Below, in pieces: positions 10,501 to 24,364 of a stretch of 64,000 bases of DNA; positions within the stretch are counted from its first letter, which is position 1; every line of letters begins with the position of its first letter. A model generated the notes under the pieces. That model searched no databases, had not been told where the DNA came from, and saw only the letters and a program-made list of their open reading frames with translations. Origin of the DNA: Lama glama (taxonomy: Eukaryota); the NCBI GenBank assembly GCA_028534125.1, contig CM052817.1, positions 2,978,001 to 3,042,000 on the forward strand, given 5' to 3'. The translations under genes and the position numbers were made by a program.

Positions 10501-12799
10501 TCAAGACCGGGCAGGCCTGGAAGGACCCCCATCTCAGACCGGCCAGCAAGGCTCCGGAGCCCTGATCTCCACCCTCTAAGACCAGGGTATTAACATCCAC
10601 TGGGAGAGTGGCTGTTGCACACGGGGGACGGGGACAGGGACAGGGACGCCATTATGGCTGCAACCCCGGGACAGGCGTGTCCGTCTTGATCCTTTCTGTT
10701 GCAATGATATAGGTGCCTGATCCGAGGTGGTTTAAGCAAAAAGGGAATTACTAGCTCCTGTGACTGATGGGTCCCTGCAGGTGGGGCTTGACCAGGTCTT
10801 CAGATCCAGATTCTTTCCTTCCGTCTCTTGACTGCCTCTGCGTGTGTGTTGGCCTCACTGACGGGCCAACTTTCACCTCACCTCCTCCAGGCTCAAAGTG
10901 TGCAAGGGCTGGCTCTCAGGAGCCCCAGCCAGCACCTCACCTCCACCTCTGGCTGGGTGATCTGACCAGCCCTGAATCAACCAACCTGACCCAAGGACTG
11001 CGACACCCCTGCTGGCCAGGCCCAGCCACATCCGGCCCCTGCCCCAGAGATAGGGGAGAGCTGAGACCACCTGAGCTGAGTGGACCTAAGGGGGCTCCCA
11101 GAGGGCCTCTGGGACCTGGAGTCTGGAGACAGGGACAAGGGTGTGGGCTCACACAGGCAGCAGGGGTCCAGCTGCAGGGAGGGGTGGGACTGAGGCCAGG
11201 GAGCCCACGGATGCCACGGGCAGGCAGTACAGTCTACCAGCCGAGACTTGGGAGTCCCTGGGGCATGTGGGGCATTGTGCTGGGCAAAGGACCACAGAGC
11301 CAAATGACCCCAGGGCCTTTGCTCAGGAGGCTAGTCACTTAGTGGGACATTTGGACCTCACTCCGGAGAAAAGGAAGGATAGGGGCGGAAACGTTCTGAC
11401 CTGTGAGGACAAGTGTGGATGGTGCTGGGGGCTAGGGGTGGGGCAGCAGGGCGGGGCAGGGAAGCTGTGGTGGGAGCCTAGGCGAGCCCCTGGAGAGCTC
11501 CGAGTGCAGGAGCGCACAGAACAGGCCTGGAGTCAACCTAAGGGGGTACCCGCCACGTGGTTTGAAAGACAGGGTCCTGGGCAGACCTGACTGGACCTCA
11601 TGCGTGATAATCCCTGCTTTCTCTGCTGGGGACGTGAGCTTTGGTTCCTGCTGAAGCTGAGTCCTGATTAATTGTGTGGTCATATCCCGCTGCTGTAAAA
11701 CGGGGTGCTTCCGCGGCTGGGGCTCACAGACCAGGACCTGCCCGGAGGACTCCCATTTGTTGTGCATGAGTGTTCCTTGAGCCTGAGTGCCCTGGGGGCT
11801 CCCGGCTCTCACCACCAGTGCCTGCTACTCCTGACACCACAGTGGCCTGGAGGCCACAAATCCTTTGGGACTGGCTACTCCCCTCTTGGGACAGGGGTGC
11901 ACTTGAACTGACTCCCTACCTTTTATTTTGCTGTAATGCAGAATGAAATTGCAAAACATCAAGTGATTAATATATGTAAATGTTCCTCTTTAAAAAAAAA
12001 AACTCTGGGTAATGGGTTTAATCACCCAAATCTCCAAGAACACACCCAAGGGTGCGTCTGTCTGTAATCATCCTCTTCCTGATCTAAGCCAAGCCAGGAG
12101 CAGATTCGAAGTGTTACCACAAACGGGGCCACATCCCACATCCTTCAGGGCTTGGAGCTGGGTTGTGAGCCAGAAGGGAGGGGCTCGGGAGGGGCCGCAT
12201 CCCAGCAGGAGAGGAAGGGACACTGATGTTTTCATTTCAGGGGAGAGAGCTTTATTTTTAATATAAAAACAATTCATCACTCTTGTAAAAGTCCAGAAAA
12301 ATACCAAGAGGAACATAAACATCACATGGAATTCCCCCCAGAGTCTTAACTCCTGCCATGTCTGCAGGCGGCCGGACGTGCCTCCGGAAGCCTCTTTTCC
12401 ACAGATACCCAGAGACCACGGAATTCTGTGTGGGATAAGTGGGCTCACGCTGTTTATGCAGTGTGACATCTGCTTTTCTCTTTTGAATTTGATGTGAGCA
12501 TTTTCCATGGCAATTAATGTGGATCTTCACATCCTTCTGGATGGCCGCGTGGTGGTCTCATGTCTTGTTCTGCGCAGGGGAGGGTCCTAAAGGCCAGGCT
12601 GTGGCGTGGCAGGCCGTTGGCCGGGACTCATTCACCTGGCAAAGGTGTGGGTCCGCTGTGTGCCCAGTAAGAGGAGAGGAATGATGTGAGTGCACAGCTG
12701 GCGGTTCCCAGCACTCCTCTGTCTGGTGGGTTCCTGGAAAGAAGACCACTCCATCGAATGGTCAAGCCTCGTGTTCCATCCTAACCGCTTGTGCTTGCA

Positions 12800-13570
12800 G
12801 ATGTGGCAAAGTGTATATGTGCCAGGCACTGAGCCAGGCCCCGGGACGCACAGTGAGTAAAAACCAGTGTGAGCTCTGCTCTCACAGACTGTCTGATGGG
12901 AAGCAGGCATCAGTCAACTGATTACCCAAGTGAGTGTGTAAAATTATACCCAGGGATAGGGCTTTAAAGGATAGGGACGTGGGCCTGTGAGCATTTAAAA
13001 GGGGTAACAGTTAACTGGGTGCAGTACGTTGCCTGCACGTGTGTGTGTGTGTTTGTACACTTGCACATAAGGTGAGGGATGGCAAGTAGGAAGAGAATTC
13101 CAGGAAGCACGCGCAGCACATGCAAAGGTCCTGGGGCAGGAGGCAGCATAGGCTGTTGGGGAGAAACTGGAAGGAGGCTGTGGCTGTGATTGGGCAGGTG
13201 ATGGACAGGGAGGTGGGGCCAGGCTTTGTAGGGCCCTGGGCCATGTTAAGCAGTTTTGTTTCTAGCCTAAAAGTGATGGCTTTTAAGTTGAGGGACTCTG
13301 TGATTATGTTTGTAATTAAAACAATGCTAATGCTGCATTGTGAAGCCTGAAGTGGCTGCATGGATGCAGGGAGACTGTTTCAGAGGCAATTGGGTTGTCC
13401 CGGGCAGACATGATGGCATCTTGGAAAGAGTGGTGGCAGTGCAGGGGTGAGAAGTGGTTGATTCAGTCCGTATTTGGGAGGTCCAGATGGCAGGACTTGG
13501 TGATGGAAGTTGCGTTACGCTGAGGGGCAGGGACACACCTGGCGTGACTCCAGGGTGGCAGGATGGGGTG
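12800..13570 (-). mobile_element. LINE-2 3' region fragments
   Basis: Reverse-complement L2 3' end (tatgtgccaggcactgagccagg...acagtgagtaaaaacc) followed by typical purine-rich L2 body (ggggtgagaagtggttgattcag). Confidence 0.7.
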
Positions 13571-13874
13571 ATGGGTAAGTGATGATCACTTTATGCAGCT
13601 AGATTAACCCAGATTCTAATGATTGACATTCTGTCCTACGACGCATGGACGAGGGAATTCAGCACGCTTAGCCTGGCAAAGCGAAAGGCTCCACGTAGGC
13701 ACCTGGTGGCACATGGTAGATGCACCACTGAGGGCACAGCAGAGGCTGGCAGCCTGCCTGTCTCCATCCTGAGTTCCCTCCGCTCACTGTCGGGGTGGTG
13801 GTAGGTGGCGGCTGATGACTTGATGGCCGCAGCATCCTTTGTGCACTGATATGGCTGGCAGTATTTTTCATTCA

Positions 13875-14185
13875 CACAGACATAAGCATTTATTAAGACG
13901 TTTAGTTTAAGGAATTGGCTGCCGTGATCAGGGGGCTGGCAAGCATGAAACCTGCAGGGCAGGCTGAAAGCCCGGCAGGAGTTGACGCTTGGAGGCAGGA
14001 ATTCTCCTTCCCCGGGAAGCCTCAGCGTTTGCTCCCGGAGTGGGTGAGGCCCACCTCACTGAGGAGGGTAAACTCCACGTCAAGTCAGGCTGCCTGTAGG
14101 GGTGACCACTTCTACCTTCACAGCAACCCCTGGCCTAGTGTTTAGCCCGACAGCTGGGCTCCAGGACCTGGCCACGCTGACACGA
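13875..14185 (-). mobile_element. MLT2-type (ERVL) LTR fragment
   Basis: tttaaggaattggct...gggggctggcaag...ctgcagggcaggctg...taccttcacagcaacccctggcctagtgttt resembles the recalled MLT2 consensus. Confidence 0.7.
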
Positions 14186-17100
14186 CCGGAGGGCAAAGGC
14201 TGACGGGTGAACAGGTGGACAAGGGGTGTCTGTCGGCCCGGGGCCTGGGGGCCACGTCCAGGGGAGTGGCCCAGGATCCTCTCTGACTGCTCGGCAGAGG
14301 CAGGGCTAACGGGCAGTGGAGCTGCAGTTTCTGAGCCTGCCTCCGCCAGGCCCTGAGGCTAAGTGCACACCTGAGTTTGCTCAAGCAGAGAAAGCCCAGG
14401 TTGTAGGAATGTGCCTGGAAACCAAGGCAGGTAAAGACGCTCTCCTTTGTTTAGACTCATCCAGCCGGTCTGATGAGAACCCGGTAGCTGATGGTGATGG
14501 ATGGGTGGGTGTGTCTGAGAGCTGGATCTGCCCCCGCATCCAGGACTTTAGGGCCTCTGAGGTGAGACCCAGCACCGAAAAGGAGCAGTCCTCAAAGGCC
14601 AAGTGGCAGGCAGGGGTTTCAGGGGGGAGGGAGGAGGGGGCCACAGCGGAGAGTAGGGCAGGCCAGTGGAGTCGGCCACCGTGGAGGGGGGAGGCAGCTG
14701 GGAGGAAGCGTGGCAGGGAAGGTGAGAGCTGGGACTTCGATCCAGGGGAGCAAATAGCTCACGTTGTCCCTGGAAGAGGGTGAGAGACAGGCCCATCCTG
14801 CTGTCCTGCCCTCATGAGCTGAGAGCCAGAGGAGATCGGGACTCAGTAATGAGGAACAGGGCATGGCCTGGGGCCTGATTGGCTAGTGCAATCCAGGAGA
14901 ACACCCAGGAGGAGGGGACATTTGAGACTGGACCTGGAGAATGAGGAGGAGCTGCTGTGTGAAGCTGGGGGAAAGAGAAAAGAAAAGAGTCTGGCACGTC
15001 TCAGAACCTTTAGCAAGGCGGAGGTGGCAGAGGTGGGCAAGTGATAGGGGGCCTCCAGGATACTTGGCAGCCCTGTCACTCCACCTCTCAGAGCTCTGTT
15101 CCGTGATAGAGAGCCCGGCCCTCACCTGGCACAGAAGGCGCTTCACAGATGGCAGCAGCCGTTGTCGTGATGACAATGCCACTTTGGTGATGATGTCGCT
15201 CCTGTGAAGTGGGCGGGCACTCCAGAGCTTAGACCCAGCTCAGCAGGACTCACCTCTGCAGACAGGGCCTCCGCCTGCTGTGTCATGGGTCAGGAATGCA
15301 CCGTGGGACCCAGTCCACAGAAGAAACGCAGCCCCTTGCTAGCCCAGAGTCACAGGCTGAGTGGATCTGAAGCCGGAGCCTACCGGGGGCCAGGCAGCAG
15401 CTGGCGGGCTGCAGTGGAGCATCTGAGCTTGGTGAGGTGCGGGGAGGTGGGTGCTGGGAGCGCCCTGCAGGGGAAGTAAGCCAGGCCAGTCCCAGAGCAC
15501 CCACCCCATGGCTGCATGCCCTCGGGTGAGACACGTGACTTCTCTGAGCCTGGGTTTCCTGAAGCTGTAAGATGAGCAGGAGAATCTCAGGGCAGGTGAA
15601 GATGGTAGCAAATGTCCTAGAGTCTCTGGCTGTAGCCTGGCCCGTGGTCCTCCGTCAGTGCTGGAGAACTGTGGGCTTCAGATTCCGAACTGGCGCCCCT
15701 AAGTAGTTCTTAGGGCATCCACAGGGCCCTGATCCTCGACACCAAGTGTGTAGGAGTGTGCATGTTTCCAAGATGGATCACTTCGTCTATGTGTCCGAGG
15801 GTCCATGACCACAAACGGACAGCCTTGGTGTGGACAGGCCTCGGTGGGCCCTTCTGCCAAGGGAAGGGGGACCCCGGCTCTGTGGCCCTGCCTGTCTGAA
15901 CGCCTAGTCCTCTTGAGGACCTGTAGGCGGCAGCTTCTCAGGAAGAGCCCTGGCCCCCTAACCAGAAGGTTCGAATATGCCGCTTTTGGGCTGTGTGACA
16001 CAGGGGATGTCACAGCCCCGTCTGCAGCTATCTGCATCCTCTGAGCACCACTGCTTCGCACACACTCTCTGCCCACCCAGGTGTGAGCACATCTGCGCAC
16101 CTGGCCCAGTGCTGGCTGCTTCCCAGCCAATGTTCCTCCGCTGAGCTCTCACTGCCAGCGGAGGTTAGTGGTTACTGAGTCCTGTCTTCAGGGAACCCTT
16201 GCCAGTGGAGGTGGGTTACAAGGGTAAGTTAGATCATCTCTCTTAGAAGCTACCCTATGGCTGTTAAGATACTGGGAGAAACATCATTAAGGCTTTGCGA
16301 GGCGTCAAGGCTTCCAGGTCCCGGGACCCACAAATGAACTTAATTGCCTTCTGACCCACCTCCCCGTCATGTGTGAGGTCTCTGTGGGGTGGGAGCAGTC
16401 TAGTCTGGCTTATGTCTGCATCCCAGCACCGGCGTCGCACACGTGAAGGAGGAGAGGGCAGGGCGGAGCCAGCCCCCCCCCCCCAGTCCCGGGCACCCGC
16501 CCACCCCTGCCCTGGGGCACCTGTTACGTAGTAGGGCTCACCTAGTGCAGAGTCCAGCAGCTCCTGGGGCTACTCCTGTGGTTCAGTTTTCAGGAAGTTT
16601 GCACACTGGTTGTTGAACCTAGCCATTTCTGAAAAACAAACACTTGTGATTATATAAATTAGATGTAAAGCAAAGGTAATAAAGCCCAACTCTCCCCACT
16701 CCCAGTGCTGCCGTTCAGTACCGTCTGGGCTCTCGAGGTTACCTACGTCTCTTACGTCTGCATGGGAGAAGCATCTGGTTACCTTACGCCCCTGAGCGTC
16801 TCCCTCCAGCTTGGCATTCGGTGGTGTCAAGTTGGAAGCTTGAGACTGGCTGTGGTGTGAGTATTACACCACGGAAAGGGGCCTTGAGGGCTCTGGGAGC
16901 CCAGGGTAACGGGCAGTCAGGAGAGGCCTCCTGGAGGAAGGGAGGGCGAAGCCCAGGTGTCAGGAGTGTGGGAGCAACCTGGGCGGACGGGGAGGGGCTG
17001 GCATTCCGGGCAGAATGGGTGATGGCACGGATGGGACTATTCCCATTTGGCAGACGTCACAGCTGAAGCTGTGTCAGTCAGCACAGCTGGACGGGCTTGA

Positions 17101-17509
17101 ACCAGGACCGGATTCCTGTGTGTCCAGCTCCTGGGCCTGAGGTCTTTGCATGACAGTGCCCTAAAGGGTGACATTTAGGCACACCCCCATGTGGGACCCC
17201 TGCCACGCTGCAAAAGTGGACTCCTTCCACGGGCGCTCCTTGGGAGACCAGTGTACCCCAGGAGCGAGGCCGCCCTGGAAAGTTCCTCCGCCAAGTCACC
17301 ATGCCCCGGGCTTCCTTCTTGCCAGCTCTGGAGGGAGCTCGGCCCCTTCTGGCCTGGGCAGCTACCTGGGACAAGGCCACCTGCCTCCTGGGGGGCCTTC
17401 GGGAACCAGGGGCCAGGGAAGGGTCTGGGCTCAGAAAGCCAGCTCCAGGCTCTGGGGTCACTTGTGCCCCACCATGCCCCCCACGGTGGCAGGCACGTGG
17501 GGAGGCAGA

Positions 17510-17642
17510 GTCTGTGTGTCTGTGTGTGTGTATGAGTGTGCGTCTTTGTATGTTTATGTATGCCTGTGTGGCTGTGTATATCTGTGTACGTGTGTGTATG
17601 TGTGTATCTACGTCTGTGTGTGTCTGTGTCTGTATGTGTGCA
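17510..17642. repeat. Imperfect (TG)n microsatellite, ~130 bp
   Basis: tctgtgtgtctgtgtgtgtgtatgagtgtg...tgtatgtgtg read directly. Confidence 0.9.
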
Positions 17643-17934
17643 CTCTGAGGACTCAGGCCCAGATTCAGTTAGGAGGGACTTTTGTAACTTAGCAGAAAAG
17701 GGTCTCTTGTGTTACCTCCCCCATACCATGCTGGCAGCTAGGCCCCACAACGCACAGCATGGCACACAGATTTGGTGATTTTCGTGAAAAACGAAAATGA
17801 TTGATGTTTTTGCTTTTCAAAGTTTCCCAAATGTCTTTGCACATTTCCCTCTTGATCATCCCAATAACCTTTAGAATGAGTGGTTTCGTTTTCAATTCAA
17901 GGAAACCACCCTTTGGGGAACAAGAATTGAGGCA

Positions 17935-18500
17935 TTTTTTCCACCATATAATTCACAATTTTAATCATTTTAAAGTATACAATTGAGTAGCATTTAACCC
18001 ATTCTCCATGTCATACAACCCGTACTGCCTCTAACTCCAGCACATCTGTACCGCCCCAGAAGGAAGCCCCCACACCCATTAGCAGCCCTGGCAGCGACGA
18101 GGCTCTTTGGTCCCTATGGACCCACCCTTGCTGGACGTTTGCTGTACATGGAATCACAGAGCAGGTGGCCTTTGTGTCTGGCTTCTTTCTGTAGCTGGTG
18201 TTTCCACGTCTCGCCGGTGCTGTCACGCACGTCAGAGCTTCACTGCCTTTTACAGAACTCGGTTCTAGAGGACGAACCCATATTGTTTCCTGTATCCACT
18301 CGTCCTTCGGTGGACAGTGGGGCTGTTTCCACTTTTGGCCATTGTGGACAATGTGGCTGTGAGTGTGGGTGTGCAGGTGCCTTTTTGAGTTCTGGGCTGT
18401 GGTTCCTTTGGGTCCACCCAGGGGTGAGCTGGGTCACGTGCTAATTCTGGTCAGCTGATGGGGGAACAGCCAGACTGGTTTCCGTCTGCTGCACAGAAGC
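17935..18500 (-). mobile_element. LINE-1 (L1MB-like) 3' region
   Basis: aattttaatcattttaaagtatacaatt...gctgtttccacttttggccattgtg...; typical antisense L1M 3' end sequence. Confidence 0.7.
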
Positions 18501-19565
18501 CACACGTCTCAAAAGGAGGCAGAAGGGGGACTTGAACCAGGTCCTGTGGCGCCAGAGCCTGACCCCTCCTGCTGCAGACCGCCCCGACCTCCTTTCCATC
18601 TTCCCCTCGGCCCTCCCTGGAAGGAGGCGAGCAGCAGAGCACAGCCTCACTCCCCGGGGGGGGGGGCGCCTCCTAGGAGGGCTGTGGCGGCCCCCTGCAC
18701 CAGGGCTTGAAGGACGAGGAGGAGCCCCTCAGTGCCTGCCGGGGAAGACAGATGTGAAGGGAGCTGGCACAGTCAGGAAGGGGGCTAGAATCCCGGTGGT
18801 TGTCGGGGGAGGCTGTGTCGAGGTTGCTCTGACTCAGATCACAGTAAGTGTGCCCAATATACCCTGGCCCTGCCGCGGCCAGACTCAGCCCTGGGGGCTG
18901 ACCTGCACTGACCCCTTCACCCCACAACTCCAGGGGGTGCCAGGATGACCCCATTTACAGGTGCGCAGACTGAGGCTCCCAGAGGCCAGCTGGCTTGCGC
19001 AGCATCCCAGAGGCTCTGGCATAGGTGCCCTTGACATCATGCTGTTCAGCCTCTCCCTTGTGCCCCCAGGACTGGGGCTCAGAGAGACCAAAAACTTGCT
19101 CAGGGTCACACAGCAGAGGCTGGGGAAGTGGGAGGGTGTGAACTCAGGCCTAGGCCTGTCTGGCTCCTTTGCTCATCTTCCATACCTCATCCGTGAAATG
19201 GGGGCACAATAACCATCCACTTCTTGCTCTGAAGCGGTAGCGGGGAAAATTAAATGAAACTGTAATGACACCACGTGTGCACTGAAACCCTAGCGTTTCC
19301 CAGGCGGTGGAGGTCCTCGTCCTGGGCGCTCACGGACTCGGTCTGCAGTGCGAGGTGCGTTTGTACGTGTCAGGAGTCCGGGCTCTGGCCCCAGCTCTGC
19401 AGCTGCTCACTGTGGGTCCCTAACGGAATCTTTTCCCCCTGGGTTTGGTTGTGACAGCTGCAAAGTGGAATGATGGGGACCCCGCGGGAATGTGGGGGAC
19501 CAGAGGGACCCGCGTGCGCTGGGGGTCACCCCGTCCTCGCCGCAGAGCCTGCCTCTGGTGGCTGA

Positions 19566-19712
<147 letters not shown>

Positions 19713-21335
19713 CGCTGCCGCGGCGCCTGACCACGGCACCCCTGCGGGAACCACCGCGCCCCTCCTACCGCACCGGCTCTGGCTTCTCTGTGTCCGCAGG
19801 CGGGGCGGGCGGGCGGCGCCTGGGCGGGGCCGGGCTGGGGGCGGGGCGGGCGGAGGCCCCACCCACGGCAGGTACAGCCCCGTTTCTGGCCGCCGCGCTG
19901 CTGCCCAGGCACCCGGCTTTGCACTGCTCCTTCCGCGCTGTTGCTTGCCATCCAGGAGATGCTGCGGAGTAGCTGTCCCCGGAGATGGAGGAACGTTTAG
20001 ACAACCGCAGCCCACCTTCCTGGCCTCCCCCACCCTCGCTAGGCCCTCGGGGCACAGAGGTGACAGGACTTGAGATTTGAGGAGGTCTGTCAATGACAGG
20101 TCATGGGTCGGTGGGCGCACAGCTCCCGGGGTCCTGGGGAGGCGGGGCCTGGCACACTGCCCCGGGACGGGGGGAGCGCTGCGGGCACCCAGGGCTGCAG
20201 GAAGCGTGAGGACTGGATTTTTGCCGCCTTTGTGACAAGTTTAGGGAGAACTTCCATTTAAGGGGGCACCTCCTGCCAGGGCCCTCCGTGCACTGCGTTG
20301 TCCTTCCAAATCATCCCTTAGATGCCTAAATGATATCTTTAAAGTAACACAGAAGTTTTTATTTTATTAAAAAGTATAGCCTACTTAAACATAAAGACGG
20401 CATATATAAAGAGTTTAATTTTATGGTCCCGCTAAGTGGGGAGCGCCTCCAGCCTTATTCTCCACCGTTTGGATCTGTGTGGTTTCAATTTTGGTGTGTT
20501 CCTGATACATAGGACTCCTTGTCTGTTTTCTTTTTGCCTTTTTGCTTTTTGCCCTGTCACACAGGTACCTTGAAAAGCAGGCAGCCCCCACCCCACCCAC
20601 CCACCTAATGCTGTTTGTTAAGTACAGCCACCAGTGTTTTCCTGTTGTTCTCCAAGTCTGGGAGAGAAAACTTCCTCCCCTGATGGCCAAAGCCCCAGAA
20701 TAAAGGATTTCCACGTTCCCAGCCTGCCCCCTGACGTGGTTTGGTGGGACCCCTTTGCGACCTGGCCTGGAATCCCACCTCCCCCTGGAACACAGACACT
20801 CCCAGGGAGGGAGGCTCATGCCCGGTCCTGAGACTGACACCCAGACACTTGGGGAGACAGGGATGGGAGATGTTGCCTAGATCTGCGAAGTCAGCAGAGC
20901 ATCCGCAGCAGAGGGTCAGTGGGTCCCCAGTGGGAAGGTACCCTGTTTGTAACTAGGTGTGGGTTTGTGTGCAGCGCCTGACCCAGGATGTTTGTAAAGT
21001 GCGCTGAGAGGCCTGTGAAACATGACAGTAGTGTCCCCAGAGTCTGTCTCCCCGTCTTTGTGAAGCTGCATCTTTCCGTGTGTCCTGACCGTTTCCATCC
21101 GTGCATCAACATCACTCAGCTTCCTTTTGGCCCCCAAACCTCCAAGTCCCGCTGCGCACCTGGCTTCTCACCAGCCTGGCTTGGCCACGGAGGGAGTCTT
21201 CAGCACCCAGCGTCCCTCCTTCCATTGTGCAGTCTGAGCCCGTCACTGGAAAGCCCCCTTCTCTCATTAGTGAACGTCATGTCAGACCCCAGGGGGGCCT
21301 GGAAAAATAAAGGATGATGTATTATAACTTGTGAA
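19713..21335 (+). other. ABLIM2: ABLIM2 3'UTR (end approximate)
   Basis: Follows the stop codon, has no recognisable interspersed repeats, contains an AU-rich block at ~20330-20425 and candidate poly(A) signals ATTAAA 20366, AATAAA 20699 and AATAAA 21306. Confidence 0.6.
21306..21311 (+). terminator. Candidate main polyadenylation signal AATAAA of ABLIM2
   Basis: Canonical hexamer in an AT-rich local context, ~1.6 kb after the stop codon and before the repeat-rich intergenic DNA. Usage is inferred. Confidence 0.55.
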
Positions 21336-22104
21336 AGTGAAAAGCCACTTCTGATAAATGCGTGTCATTTCTAGCTGCGGGGCCCCTTCTGCCGAAAGTG
21401 CTGGGGGGAGCGTTTGCTGAAAGTGGTCACTCCGTAAGGCTCCACAAGACAGGGGCAGGCCGTTTGGGGTGGGTCCCCATGTTGGCATCGGGGATGCCCT
21501 AGGACAGCCGTCTCAGAGGTGGCCACTAAGGATGTGGATCTCTGCTTCCTCCCACACCTGCTGATGGGAGAGGGATGTGTAAGAGCTGATGTCTGCCCTC
21601 AGGCAGGTTGGGGAGGCCCAATTAGTGAAAAGACAATGACAAGACCTTTGCAGAGGCCCCAGAGGAGGTCAGGGGAGGCTTTCTGAGAAGGTGCTGGCCA
21701 AACCAAGTCTTGACAGATGAGGAAGTATTCCCTCCCGGAGGCCAATGAAGGAAAGGGTGTTCCAGGCTGAGGGAACAGCAGGAGCAGACACGCTGAGCTG
21801 GAGTTTTGTTTTGTTTCTAATAGAAAACATTCAGTAGCTTTAGTTGGACTCCCGCTCTCCCTAGTCGCTCATCCCCTAACACCCACATACAGTGAAGCAG
21901 GTGAGGAGCAGTATCTGTCTCAGAAACAGCAGTCCATTCAGAAGACAAGGGATAAAACAGTCTAATACACCAATCTCCAGGGTCTGGAAACATGGGTGGC
22001 TGGTTATGGCCGGAGCAGAGGCTGAGGGAGGGAAGAGAAAGAGGTCGGGGCTCCCTCGTGGGAGGGCCCAGCAGGTCTGCTCATCCTGGGATGAAATGCT
22101 TCAT

Positions 22105-22467
22105 AGTCTATCCTCATCCCCTCAGGCTGCTGTAACAAAACACCATAGACTGGGGGCTAGAGTGACAAGCACTGATTTCTCTTAGTTCTGGAGTCTGAAG
22201 TTCAAGATCAAGGTGCTGGCATGACTGGGTTCTGGCGAGAGCTGCTTCCTAGCCTAGAGATGTGTCAGCTGTGTCCTCACAGGGCAGAGAAAAGTCATTT
22301 GTCTTCTCACCTAGTTCATCCTCCTCCAAGGGCATGAATCCCATTGTGAGGGCTCCACCCTCAAGACCTAATCAACTCCCAAAGCCCCCCTCCCCCATCC
22401 ATCACACTGGGGATTAGGGCTTCAACATATGAACTTGGGGGAGACACAGTAACTCAGTCTATAGCAG
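22105..22467 (-). mobile_element. MaLR LTR (MLT1A-like)
   Basis: caggctgctgtaacaaaacaccatagactggg...gttcaagatcaaggtgctggca...gattagggcttcaacatatgaa...ctcagtctatagca. Confidence 0.8.
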
Positions 22468-24364
22468 CCTCTAATCTGATTCCAATGACATTAATCATGA
22501 GCTTTGGATTTTTCCCTCAAGGCCTGTTCACATGTACACAATCTGCCCCATCTTAGTAAACAGCACAACTGTCTACCCAGTTATGCAAGTCAGAAACCAC
22601 ATTTCCCTCCGTCCTCAAGAGCAGCCCACCAGAAGTCCTGGTTTCACCCCTGAAGCATTCTCTGCATCTCTCCATCTCAGCAAATACGGGCATGGAATTA
22701 TCCAGGTCAGAAAACATTCTGAGAATGGAAGGCAGGGAGGGGTGGCAGAGGGAGTAGAAGGGAGGGAGCTGGAGACCCAGCCACAAGCCAGAGGGACATG
22801 GGAGTGGCTCTGTGGACAGTTTGGGGCTGTCCTTAAGCCAACTCTCCCCTGCTCTTGGTTCTGAGCCAGCGGGAGGTGGATGAGGAACCAGGCACTGTAT
22901 CAGTTTCCTCATGCACCAGACCCCAAAACCCAAATGCAGAGCTTCTGAAACAGAGTTGGGAAACATTGCTTAGTGTGTTTTAGGTCAGAAAAATCTGCAT
23001 CTCCTACCCCACCCACACCAAGAACCAGGGTCCCTCGCAGTAAGAAGTGGCAGCCCCTTACCAGCCAGCACAACAAGGAAGGAGCCTGCCTGCGAGCCTG
23101 CCCTCCCGGGAAAAGCAGCAGAAGGGCCTCCAGGCCCAGCCCCAGAACCCAGGCCTGGGACCCGCCCGGCCCCAGCACAGCTCCCGGAGGCAGAGAAGAG
23201 AACGGTGTAGCGTTGTCTATCCTCACTCCCTCCGGTGAGTGCTCCGTCCTGTTCGGAGCACGGGGGAGCCACACGATAATCCCTTGAGGCAGAACCTTCT
23301 GTAATCCCCACTTCACAGATGAGGAAACTGAGGCACAGAGGGAGGCGGAGGACCTTGCCCAGGACGGCCCAGCTGGGCGTGTCAGACCTACGATTTCAAG
23401 CCCGCCCCCTGGATGTGGAGACGGGGCATCGGCTCACGGGTGCCGGACCTAGCCAGCCTGCGAGAGCAGAACTTTGCACCTGGGTCACCCTCACACCAGG
23501 CCAGCGGCTCCCCTGCCTCACCATCCAGAGGTGGCGGCGGCCAGCTGTGTCCTGCATGAGGAAGACGATGTCCCAGGCCGGAGGTCACTTCCGGTCACCC
23601 TTGGTTCACGAGGCTCCCCGGGCAGTCCGCCGGCGCCGAGGGCACTGAGCATGCCCTGCTGCTCACAGTTTTTCCCAAGTGGAAGGTGGGCTCCCGGGGG
23701 GCCCACAGCCCCAGCTGGCCCTCCTGCCCACGCTGCCCCCAACCCTCCCTCCTCCTAGGCAGTCACCCCAAATTTCCTTCTGCTCCTTTCTAGGCCCCTC
23801 CCCACGACACCGCCACTCCTTGCCATTGCTCTGCATAGTTCCCACGCTGCCCCTCCGGAGGGGAGGCTGCCCATCACCTAGGTGAAAGCTGGATCGTTCC
23901 AGAAGCTAGCTCCCATGGCCCGTTGTCTCCCCCTGGCCACCCCTACCTTCCAGAGTGGAAGCCTCCCTGGTGTCGGATGAGTGACCCACCTGCGCCGCAA
24001 GATCCCGGATCCGGCACAGTTCCCGGGAGAGGGTGCATCCTTCAGCGCCAGAACACTGGCGATACAGGCCTTCCTGGTGACCGCCAGAGGCTGCCAGCTG
24101 TGCTGAACCGCGTTTCATGAATAATAGAGGCTTCCTGTCCTCCAGGCCAAATTCCCAGGTCCATGAAGATGCCTCCGCGGCACATCGTTTCTGATAGGTC
24201 CACGGAGGAAGCCCCGCCTCCAAACAGCGCCTCCTGCCACCGACACACTGAACATCTCTCCGTTCTAATGCTTCGATGCTCCATCATGCCCTCTAGTACG
24301 TCCTGTGCTCAGCAGTCCACAGCGTCTGCTTTTTTTTTTTTTTAATCATGGGTTTTCAGCAACT

